Positions 37,601 through 49,100 of a stretch of DNA of 64,000 nt are shown here, piece by piece (the first letter of the stretch is position 1; each line of letters opens with the position of its first letter). Source of the DNA: Nemertoderma westbladi (Eukaryota > Animalia > Xenacoelomorpha); assembly GCA_032718475.1 (NCBI GenBank), contig JAUCBJ010006844.1:1-64000 (forward strand), in the 5' to 3' direction. Below the pieces are notes generated by a model. It worked only from the letters and a program-made list of their open reading frames with translations, had not been told where the DNA came from and did no database searches. A program made the translations under genes and the position numbers.

Positions 37601-39779
37601 TGATAAACAACCGCGACCTCTATACTAACAGCAGAACTGTTGAACAGACCAATACCCGTTAATATCCTTCTGCCAACCTAATAAGTTCTCGTCTAACCAA
37701 TAAGACACAAAGACTGCTCTACTGTTAAGTAAAGGGGCTCAGGAGCGTGATATTACTAAATTGTAAGGGTTGCTAAATACAAAACCGCTACTTACCGTTA
37801 GATGGCGCTAATCTGCCGTCCACTAATATATTTTACTAATTTTACACAACTCCTGCAAAATCGCTTGTTCCTTTCTCTACCGATTGCTCAATAGAGAGCT
37901 AACTGTTCGAATCTATGAGCCACGCGGGAATAACCAAAACAATAAACCCGAGTCGGCTCCCTAAGCTTACTTAAGACGAGTGCGAGAGGCCTTGCACTCA
38001 GAGTATTCTTACGCCTAATTTTATCACTATTAAAGCACGCTATTACCTACGTCTTTCTAATCGCGAATACTGGAGGTTCCCTAACGTAATGTGTGAATGC
38101 GAGAATATTTAAAATATCAAAATGGTACAGTATCTGTTTCTACGTGGATAATACCACTCCGAGTCTAAAACTGCCCGCGACTGGCTTTAGGCCAGCAAAA
38201 TTACTAGCGTATCGTGCGTACCGAATAGTGCGTTCTAGCTGATTGCCCGCTAATGCAAATAACCGCTCAGCGTGAATAGTTTACAGTACACTAATTATTA
38301 CCTTAGCTACTCTCCGCTATGCTGCGTACTAATTCTTAATTTTTTACTAATTAATTACAGTCACAAATATTTAACAGCGTACTAATTACTAAGAGTTCCA
38401 GAATACGTAATTCTAATTTATCACGCAACAGGTTTCGCTAGTAATAGCCTAAATTGCCGTATTACTTTGACCTAATCAATAACTAATTATTGTAACTAAG
38501 AAATAGAAATCAATCAAAGGAAAAAGAGCGCCTATCTAAGCATTCGTAATCTTAGGCACACTTCAATAACACACCAATCAGCGTTAGAAATCACAGTTTA
38601 CAATTGTGCAATTCACTACTCGTACTCCACACTCAACGTTTTAATACGCGCAGGCCTCTCCCGGGTACATCTAGGATTCCTAACTAACCCAATTCCTGCC
38701 CCCCTAATACTAAATAGAGACAAAACCTGGATCATCAGCCCCCTAGATACTGTACCGGCGATCGGTCTGCGTGCCGCAGTGCAAGATACCCGCCCGCAAC
38801 GGTGACCCTGGCCAGCGTTGCCCGCTTTGAATCCTCCGCTCTCTCCTAGTCGCTCAACCCCCCGATGCGCCCACCGCCCACTGGCACCTTAGCCCTCCAT
38901 GATGCTAATAGCTACCGTAGCGGCGCATGCAAATCACAAAGTCTGACAGTCTCAGGAATCCCTTGGGATTATTGCGCAGAAAAGAATCACATAGAACCAT
39001 CAATCAAAGGTAGAAATCATAGTTCGATTGTAATTTGCAGTAATCGAAGGAATTATTGAGAAACACAAGCAAAGTAATCGCACTAGCAAATCATTCCAAG
39101 AAATTAATCAAAATTAGCAAATTGCAGAAAATACGATATCCTAATACAAAATTAGAGACAGCTCAGCAAGTAAATTGTAACAGGGGTGTGTCATGTGATA
39201 AGGCATGAACATATGAACAAATATATGAACAACAATATGAACAACAAAAGGCCCTACCGGCACACCGCCAATTTATAGGTGATCCGGATGGGGTGATGCA
39301 ATAAGGTGACTCAATCGCTCTCCCATTGGCTCTCCAGTCCATGCTAGCATTAAACCAACCTGGAAGCAGTTAATCCAATAAGGAGACCGGATTGTAGCCC
39401 TATGCCCTCAAATTATTACCATATATGGTAATGGATCACGTCTCTGGCTGCTGAATGGCCAGGACAGCGTCCCTATATGCTAGCCCTATCAAACTAATAT
39501 CAGCAAGCACAAAATCCAGGGTCCGAGTAAACTCGCTACCCTGGAACTATCTACATATATCCTAATACAAAATTACGTAGGTAGGGCTACATACTATACA
39601 AAATGAATGGATGCAAAATATATGGGCGTTTTAACTTCCTTACCTAAATGTCACCACACTGCGCCTTATCTAAATAATTATACTGCACAACAGACTAATA
39701 TTACGTACAGTATAACGGACTAATACTGCATACTGCATAATGGACTAATACTGTGGATACAGCGCCATATACCGTAACA
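37601..39779 (-). repeat. 3' LTR of element C
   Basis: Direct repeat of 54448-56626; I noticed only two C/T differences (~37690, ~39252). Weak purine tract GGAGCGG precedes it on minus. Confidence 0.97.
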
Positions 39780-40269
39780 CCGCTCCAAGGGAAATCATAT
39801 AATGTTTCCCTCCAATTGTAGAAGAGTATAAGGTGATGTATACAAAACAAAATAATTTTCTTCCAACCAATCTAAATAACATAATAATTCTACTATTTAC
39901 AAATATTGCCATAGATATTGCATAATGAATTACATACAAATTAAGTTTACAAAATATTATCTCTCTCACTGTTTAACGATTATTACATACAAATTAAATT
40001 TACAAAATATTGTTTCTCGTTCATTCTTACTACATAATGATTACTACATACAAAATCAAATATAAAATTTTTGCTAGGGCAAGTGAAAGGAGTAAGCCAA
40101 ACCCGCAGGTTTGTCTCCCCAATCACTTCCTTCGCCTCTTTCATAATATAAATTCAAAATAACTCAACTAGTGTATACGAGTCTAGTCGAAAATTTTCAA
40201 ATGCTACAATATACATCAGAGCGACGATGATGTATATATCTAGAGTCTGTCGCCCTGTGCTATAATGTA

Positions 40270-43200
40270 TTATCGACCCGCTCCTGGGTTCTTTGGGCTC
40301 GCTCCTCTCTTCCGCCCCCTTCCCAGATACACTAATCGTCCTCTAGTCGACTCCGTTGACGGCGTCCGTGAGGCGTCACTCCCCGGAACCGGCGACGACG
40401 TTCCCTGAGCCCCGACAGATTCTCGGCTCGAACTTCTCCCTCGGCCTCGTCCCAATTGTCGCGCTCCCGTGGTCGCTTCCGCCAACTCTTCCTTCTGCAG
40501 TTGCACACGCGCTTTCTCAGACGCCCCCTGCGCCTTGCGCTGCAACCGTTGCGCTTCTATAATAGAGTGGTAGTGGTCGTCCTTGACTTGACGCTTGTCT
40601 TGGACCCCTCCTCCTGGTTCTTTCCGCGAGCCTTGAGCTCCAGCGGTCGTCGCTGTGGTCGCTGCGATCCTTTGTTCCTGTATCCTCTCGGCGGTCAATG
40701 AACCCACTGGCACATGAGTCAACAAGAATTCGTTGCGGTATTGTATAGCCGCCATCCTCCAATCACCTCGCGCGCGTACCACTTTTCTAGTCTCCGTAAA
40801 TACACCCTTCGTGATGCGATCGCAAATAGCAACGAAGTTCCATGTGTACTTATTGTCCATGTTCAATTGTCTGAAGTATTCTCGGACTACGATAACTCCA
40901 GTGTTCTGTGGAAGGTCTTGAGAAGTTAGGATGAGCTCCTGATATTGTGGTAGCGATTGAAGATATGGCTCGTACGCAACATGCGATGGGTCTACCGCCC
41001 AAAACCCATATCCCGCTTTAAATGGTAACCAACGCATCTGCGCTTGAATATGGTAATCCGCCACACTCTCCCACTTATCTAACATCTCCCGAAGTAGGTT
41101 AGCGCTATGGTTTTGAAAGGAATCATCTCGCAGCTGACATCTCGCGCTACGGTGTCCTTTTACTCCACAATATCCACATTGAGAAATGAAGACGGTGCAC
41201 GTGTGAAACGAATGGTCGGTCTCATTGCACCAACGACAGACCTTATGCGCCGCCTCTATTACCGCGTCGCACGACTTTAGATTGTGCCTTGTGCTGCCGC
41301 ACAATTTGCACCTACGCGCTTGTGGAAACCAGGCCCTCTCGTATATGAGGTCTCCAATCGGTTTCGCACTTCCTTCCTTCCCAATGTCTAATACGATGTC
41401 GTCCTCTCCGGTCAACGGTTGTCGATCCGGAACAAAGTAAACATCCTCGCCCTTGTCCTCTATCTCCAATATTTCCTCCCGCGTTCGTTTCGGATATGTC
41501 TTCTCCACCGGAAGATCTACTCCGAACACCTCTACTAAAGTCTCCGGCCAGCCCTCCTTAACAGGTCTATCAGCCTCCGAGTGGAAGGGAGTACCAAACC
41601 CGCGGGTTTGATTCCCGAACCACTTCTCCAAAGCTTCTGGCGTCGGATATTCCATCGACGGTCGGTCTCCCAAATCTCCGATGTTCTGTCGATATACTCC
41701 TTCGAATATCGCTAATCCTCTCCTCACCATCGACGTATTCTCTAACGACTGGTTGAAGAACGGGGTTAAGAAACGCTTCATCACGTCGGATTGGATTCCC
41801 CCTTTCGAGCGAACGTATTGATCTCCTCCGAATACCAATGGATGACGCTTCAAAACTCGCGCAACGATATCCGCTAATAAACAAGTCACCGTGTTCGACT
41901 CAAGCACCAAATAATATTGTAGCGACGCACGGGGTGGCGCGCAAATGTTCCAATACACTAACGCTTGCCGCTTGAAGTGGGATTTGAACTCCGCTCCCGG
42001 TGGCGTGTTGTATTCGCCATACGCCTCCTCGTACTTCTTTTGCGTCTTCAACTTAAAGTCCCAATTATACAACAAGTGTGCTATAAAGCCCATACCAGTC
42101 TTGGCAGAGTTGGGATACTCCCTATAAATTCCAATATCCTGTGCCCATAGCAACAATAGCTTGGTGTCGACAAACGGTCTCGGCAATCTATCTTCCAGAT
42201 CAGTCATGGCGTTGAAGTCGCTCTCCAAATCGCTCTGGACTCCCGATCCCACCTTGACGTAATCTTGGTTGAGAATAGCCTCTCTAACCTTCTTTGGGTA
42301 ACATCCTGGCGTCGATACGCTCCGCTCCGTGCATACCTCCTCGCCTGCATACCTCCAAAATCTGTTCCCTAGGATCCTTCCCCTTCCGATATTGTGTCGT
42401 TATGATGGGCTCCGGTCTCTCTCTATCCGCCCTCACAAGCATAAACACATGAGTCACACCATCGGCCGCACGAATTTGAATACACTTGCTGGTCAAACAT
42501 TCTTGATGGGACCCTCCTTCATTGTCGTAGAACATCACCCTCCAATCCTGCAGTGATTCCTCCGTTTTCCTCCACTGACGCTGAATCTCATCTGATGGGG
42601 TCCACATGCGCTCGATCGCCTTGTGGTCATCATATCGGGTATAAGAACCCTTCCTCCTCAGCCACGTCTGGTCTACCTCCTCGTCGTCTGGGAATGTAGC
42701 CACCGCGACCCATACCTTGATGTACTTATCCAACCATCCGAATAACTTACTCTCCTTCCCCGGAGCTCCAATCTTGTCCAAAGTGTCGTAATCTGTGATC
42801 TGCATTGGGACATCATGCAAGAACTTCGCGCATAAAACTTCCCGTAGACAGTCAACGTTCCAATGGTCCGCCATTCTTACCATCGGCAAGAATCGTATCG
42901 CTTCTCGCGACTCCGGATGATCTACTAATATCGCAGGTTCGGTACCGTCGGAATAATACACCGGTCCGGGTTGAGATACGACCTGTGGAACAAATCCGGT
43001 CACTCTCCTCGTCTCCTCTTGATGTCTATCCGCGGTCTTATTATACTCCGCTATCCTGTTCTCAAATAACTCCTTCGCCTTCGCCGCTCGCTCCTCCTGC
43101 CGCAACGCGTCTATGTCGTCCTGATGCTCAGGCGTGAGGCTTCTCACTCGGTGAGGTGAAGTAAACGCAGTCCAGGGACTCGAGAGCTCCAAACCCGCGG

Positions 43201-43978
43201 GTTTGGTACCCGAGTCCCGCGCCGCTTCGCGCCGCGCCTCTAGATCCTTGTAGGCTCGGTACAGCGAAATGGCCGCTGCCGTCTCTATCAAACTGGGTGT
43301 CGAACAGGGTTTAATCTCCGTATACGGATCTAATGTCGTAACGGTCGGCGTAATGGGTCTCGGAGGTCGCTTTCCGCTGAAGTCGATACTGATCATCGGG
43401 TTGCTCATCGGGTAACCTCCCTCGTTGTATCTAAGGAATTGGTGAGCTGGACATCGCGTTAATATCGGTTCCGGATGTTGCTCGTCTAGTCGGTCGGGAA
43501 TCGCCACGTCCTGTTTATTCATGCATTCACCACACTTGTAGAAGAGCTTGTATACGCTGAAGACTTTCGGCGTCTCCTGATCCTCGCCTCGAGTCCTCCG
43601 ATACAGGTGCATTCCGTCGAACTGGTCTCGGACTGCAGGTAGAGGCTCCTCGTGTCGTAAATACATATTCATATGGTATAGTCGTGCGATTTCCTCGTCC
43701 GGATCTGCGCTAATGTCGCACACGTCCAAAGCAAAGTCGTAGGGATACCGCGTGCGATACTCTCTCCGCAAGACTTCCATCCGGTCCCCCAACGCTCTCA
43801 TTCTTTCTCTCCGTAATTCTTTATCATAACTTGGTTTATACTTCCCGTTCGGCTCCATCACGGACCGCCCATGGTAGTAAACGTTAGAGTCTTTACATCC
43901 TGGTCGCGCGAATGGTAGCTCCGCCTCCTCTCTGGCAGTAAATCCTCTGCGCGGTTGCGCTCTAATATCCCTCTCCAT
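40270..43978 (-). CDS. Element C ORF3: 3'-5' exonuclease + three CCHC knuckles (~1235 aa if one extra base at ~42293 is removed)
   Basis: WRKTEESLQDWRVMFYDNEG; repaired LPKKVREAILNQDYVKVGSGVQSD; VDTKLL; TGMGFI; YLVLE; knuckles CKLCGSTRHNLKSC, CRWCNETDHSFHTC, CGYCGVKGHRSARC. Confidence 0.8.
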
Positions 43979-44733
43979 TATGTTACGCGTATATACATAT
44001 ATATATATCCCAATAAGTGCCGTTACGTAACCAACTACACTGTGGGTAAATCAGTTAGATGCCGCCGAAGGACAGACCTCCCGAACCCCCCCGCCTTCCA
44101 GCAGTTCAGGTTCGACTCTCTAGATCCCGTCTCTTCCTAACTAACTATCCTCTAACCTATTCCCATGCATAGCGCAAAACTTTGGAGATAAACTGGCCGT
44201 GACCAACTCACTTTTTGATGCCCAAACTACTCCCATTACTCCTACTAAACTACAGTAGTTAGAAAGGACCATAGCCACAATACTCGACTATACCAAACCC
44301 ACAGGTTTGATAATCGAACATCACACATCCTGCAAACTACTGAGTGGGGTCCATGTACGCCTCTGGTGCTACTAACCTTTAGCACCCTAGTTGCACTGTT
44401 GGCACCAATCTGTGGAAGTTGCTAAACTCAATTTACACTCCTACGTAATATAGCCGTCACCATGGTTTCTAAATGCTATTTTCCAGGCTTCACGACTTTT
44501 CAAATTACTGTTATCTATAGACGAATTCTAAAACGCGTCTATACCCAGCGTCTGGAATTGTCTTGGGTTCACTTCTAATTTTTAAAATTTTCTAATTTTC
44601 CAAAATTTTGAAAATAAAATTTTGTTTTGATACCCACCAGACAAAACTCAACGCAAATCACCACAACCCCGCTCCTATGCATTTCCTTGTATTTGCATAC
44701 GAGGAATGCATACGAAGTGAGTTGCGTCCAACA

Positions 44734-46173
44734 CTAATTCTGTTTTGAGGCAGGAGACAAATTATAATCTCCCGTCTCGATACGTGTCTCCTCTAATAAC
44801 ACAATATCTTGGACCGGTCGGTCCAAGGTGTGTAAACCATTAGTTTTACACTTTTTTGGGTGCGGACACTTGCACCTAATTTTCACAGTGACTGTGCGCA
44901 CTATGTTTTGCACGTCTGGGTGTGTGTGCAAGATCACTCCCGTCTCCCAATACTTTCTCTTGACAATGGGTTCGGTTATCAACACGTAATCTCCCCTTTG
45001 GAGACTCCGAACCGTTTTGTACCACTTTGTTCTGGTGGATATGGTGGGAAGATAGTATTCCCGCCAATATTCCCAGAATGTGTACGCCACTAACTGTGTT
45101 ACTTTCCAGCTCTTACGACTATATAGGTCGGCACTAATGGGTTCTGATGCCGGCACAAGAAATGCTGGACTCTGCATTAGCAAATGATTCGGCGTTAATG
45201 CAACACCGTCTGGCAACATAGCTATCGGCCTCGAGTTTAGGGTATGCTCGATTTCAATGAAAGCTCTGACCAGTTCGTCGTCGGTAAGTTGTTTGTTCAC
45301 AGGCAATGTTTTGGCAATGGCCTGTTTTACAGAGCGAACTAAACGCTCCCAACTTCCTCCTCTCCAAGGACTTTCTGGAGTATTAAATCTCCACTCTACT
45401 CGTTGCGGCAAAAGTGCTGCAGAAATTTCCTTATTCTGTGCTGCTTTATGAGCCGCGTTCAACTCGCTATTCCCTCCGACAAAGTTTGTACCCTTGTCAG
45501 AGTAGAACGCCTTTACTAGTCCTCTCCTGGCCATAAATCTCTTTAAGGCCAGGAGCAGAGATTTAGTCGACATGTCTGCCACACGCTCGATGTGTATGGC
45601 TCTACTCGCCATACATGTCAGTAGCAGACCCCATCGTTTGTGGGTCAGCCGTCCACTCTTTGCTTCAATCGGACCAAAACAGTCCACCCCTGTGTTCGTA
45701 AAGGGTGGGTCATATGCCTGCACTCTCGCTTCCGGGAGTTCAGCCATCTCCTGTTCCAATACTCTGGCGTTCACCCTCTTGCAAACCAGACAGGCGTCGT
45801 ACATAGTGCCGACTGCCCTGCTTGGCTGCAATAGAATGAATCGCTGTCTCGCTGCCGACAGACAGTGTAACTTTCCCGCGTGATGCAACCTCTTGTGTAT
45901 ATCCCATAGAATCGCTCTTTGCAATTCTATTGGGTGACTAGGGATTATCACTGGGAACCGAAACTGTGAGTTTATGTCGACAGTCTGGATTCTCGATCTA
46001 TGACAAATCAAACCCTTATGGATTAACGGACTCCATTTTCTAAGGGGTTTATAGAGAACTGGTCGTTGAGCCGATAATAGATGGAATTCTTTCGGGAAGG
46101 CACACATTTGATAATGCTTCAAATGCTTTAATTCCGCTTGATCAATCTCATCCTCTGTCAGAGGTTGTTTCAA
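44734..46173 (-). CDS. Integrase portion of element C pol (same frame as gag-pol, after one TGA)
   Basis: HKRLHH..CLVC; GVDCFGP; SDKGTNF; WERLV; LNSRP; TPNHLL. Confidence 0.92.
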   Translation of the reverse strand: MKQPLTEDEIDQAELKHLKHYQMCAFPKEFHLLSAQRPVLYKPLRKWSPLIHKGLICHRSRIQTVDINSQFRFPVIIPSHPIELQRAILWDIHKRLHHAGKLHCLSAARQRFILLQPSRAVGTMYDACLVCKRVNARVLEQEMAELPEARVQAYDPPFTNTGVDCFGPIEAKSGRLTHKRWGLLLTCMASRAIHIERVADMSTKSLLLALKRFMARRGLVKAFYSDKGTNFVGGNSELNAAHKAAQNKEISAALLPQRVEWRFNTPESPWRGGSWERLVRSVKQAIAKTLPVNKQLTDDELVRAFIEIEHTLNSRPIAMLPDGVALTPNHLLMQSPAFLVPASEPISADLYSRKSWKVTQLVAYTFWEYWREYYLPTISTRTKWYKTVRSLQRGDYVLITEPIVKRKYWETGVILHTHPDVQNIVRTVTVKIRCKCPHPKKCKTNGLHTLDRPVQDIVLLEETRIETGDYNLSPASKQN

Positions 46174-46182
46174 TTTCCGAAT

Positions 46183-49100
46183 TCACTCACTATTGGCGCT
46201 CGATGGTTCTCTCAAATGTTTCGAATGTTTTAAACAAAGGTACGAAACGTATCGGCTCAACCACGCAGTTCTTTTACAAATTGTCAGCCAAGAGGCAGAC
46301 GAATTTAGTAATTTGTCATAAACACTGCATGACTCTAATGCCAGCGACGGTTGTCCGCTAACCAATGGAAGTTTCGAATCCAAACCCGCAGGTTTGGAAA
46401 CCAAAGGCTCCATTGTGTCGGTCATTTTCTGTCCGTCACTTACCAATTGTGACTGTCGTCCAGTCTGTAAGGGTGGTTTTATGTCATAACTTACCCTTCC
46501 TGACCTAGTAGTCACGTAAGTCTGTTGGTCTGACAGGTCTCCGGGCCGCTCCAATAACTCTTCAGGCCGCTCCAATGACTCTTCAGGCCGCTCCAATGAC
46601 TTAAGTTTGGCTTTAGACTTTGACTTAGAGACTTTCTCCACTTTGACTTCTGCATCTTCAGGCATCGGATTGGTCACTATCTTTAGTCGCTCTGGCCAAT
46701 GTTCCTGTGTCCTCGTTAGAAAATTAGGTCCATGTAACCAAAACTCCTGCGACTCTTCCTGACAGAATTCCGCTGGCATTGCAACTCTCGAAGTTATGTC
46801 GGCCGGGTTCAACACTCCCGGACAATGTCTCCATTGTTCCTTCGTCGAAAAATCAACGATCTGAGCGCGTCTATTGGCCACAAATGTCTTTAGTGCAATA
46901 TTGTCGGCCGCAATGTATACTAACACCAAGGATGCGTCCGTCCAATAGAATAAGGTCAATGTCGTATCTAATTCCTCAGTTATCTGCTTACTTACCTCGA
47001 CTGAAACTACAGCCGCCTGTAACTCTGCACGAGGGACAGTCATGTATTTGACCGGCATTGTCTTTGATCTAGAAGTCACAAAGGCCGTCTCAAATTTGTC
47101 CTGACTTACCTCTCGGCGAAGGTAGGCTACCATACCAAAGCCGGTGTCACTTGCGTCACTGAACAGATGCAGCTCTAAATCAGTTGGAAATACCAGCTGA
47201 TTCGGAAAGTAGGAACGGGGTACATCTATATTTTTCAACAGATGCAACTCGGCTTCCCACTCCCTCCACTGCTTTGCATGTATAGGAGATATTGGTTCGT
47301 CCCACTCTAAGTCGGACAACCAAATTTTCCTCATGCACGCTCGTGCCTGTAATATAACCGGACTGATAAAGTTCATCGGGTCAAATAGTCTACTTAAAGT
47401 CGATAAGCAAATTCTCTTTGTCAAAACTTTGTCTGGGCTACTGGGCTCAAATCTAACTCTTACCTGGAACTTATCCGAATTCGGATTCCAAGCGAGTCCC
47501 AGTACTCGCGCCATGGGGATTGGTTCTACCCCCAATTCTATGTCTCCGCTCCCGCGATCTTTTACCGGGAACGATTCTAATAGGGCCTCCGAATTAGTAG
47601 TGAACTTGGTCAGAGGAAATCCCCCTGTAGCCAAGCACTCTTGCAGGCCGTGAGCCACTTCTATGGCTTGTTCCGCCGTGTCCTTGGACACCAATCCGTC
47701 GTCCATATAGAAGTTTCTCAAGATAGACTCGATTACTTCTACTGGATACTTACCAATCTGGGCTGTTGCCGTTTTCTTTAGAACGAACAGCGTGCCATTC
47801 GGACTATCGCGGGCGCCAAATATCCTAACGTACATTTGGTATATAACCACTGGGCCGGATAAGTCTTCATTCTCAAACCAGAGAAAGCGAAGGCTATCCT
47901 GGTCTGCCTTACAGGCTCTTACCTGGTGGAACATCGCCTCGATGTCACAAGTAAATGCGAATCGCCGCTGTCTAAAACGCAACAGTATTCCTATCAAATA
48001 GTTATTCAGGTTGGGACCATCCATCAACTCTGAATTCAGGGACATACCTCTATAGACTGCTGCGCAGTCGTTGACTACTCGGACTTTGTCAGGTTTGTCA
48101 GGGTGAGTCACATAGTGGTGTGGAAGGTAATAAGTCTGGTCTGTCACTAAGTCAGGGTCCTCTACCTTCCCAGCAAATCCCTTGGCGAAATAGTTGTTGA
48201 TCTGGGCGCAATACTTCTCCCTAATGTCTGGATTCTTCAACAACCGAGCCCTTACTCCGTTTAATCTTTTCAAGGCTAAGTTGTAGTTGTTCTCCAACTT
48301 AGGTGGTTGTCGACGCCACAACATTCCAACTTCAAAATGTCCAGTCGGTAGCAGACGTATGGTGTCTTCCATCATCTCCAACGACCGTTTTTCATCAGTA
48401 GACATGGCTAGGTCATATCCACCGGGTTCCATTGCGTCCCTATCCAGCCATTCGACGGTTCTGGCTCCTGTCTCGAGGTCCTGGCGTATCAATTCCTTCT
48501 GTAATTCCTCCTCACTGTATTGGAAAATGTCTAGGTCTCGATATTTAGCCACTTGACCCTCCACTATGTCTGTATAAGTCAAAACGTTAGTCAAATAAGT
48601 AGCGTGGGCCGCTGAACCAGACCCACGGGTCTGATAACAGTAGTCCTCGGGTTCACTATCTGTCCGGTCGTTATGAAGTGGTTCCGACAACCTAACATTA
48701 TCGGGAATCAACTCCTCGTCCGACTCGCTAAAGTCACTATAGTGGTCAATACAGGTTCTCCTAAACTCGTCTATGTCTGGTGGTTCTACTAACGGTGGTT
48801 GAGTTATAGGCTGTAATTCGTCGTATCTGTTCATTGGCTTGTCGCCACCTGTAAACTCATAAGACATAGGTACTCTTGTATACCAACCTAGTATGGTCCT
48901 ATGGGCATGTGGTCCATTGACATGCGGCTCAGCTGGTCTCGTTTCCCATATTTGGTGTGCGATCAGCTGTTCTGCACCAATCAACATAGAAACATTCCTA
49001 TAACCTACCTGGTGTCTTGGTACTCTGAGCTTGTCAAAATACTCCTGTGCTATGGGACTCATCGGCGGCACCTTACCTAACTGCCTGCCGAATCCCTTCA

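Noticed and set aside
37795-37810. CTCF-like AGATGGCGC motif in the LTR (similar at ~29645)
   Set aside because: Short, imperfect match with no supporting evidence.
38865-39059. Identical 64-aa ORF in both LTRs (also 55712-55906)
   Set aside because: Identity follows from LTR duplication; antisense to the element and without motifs.
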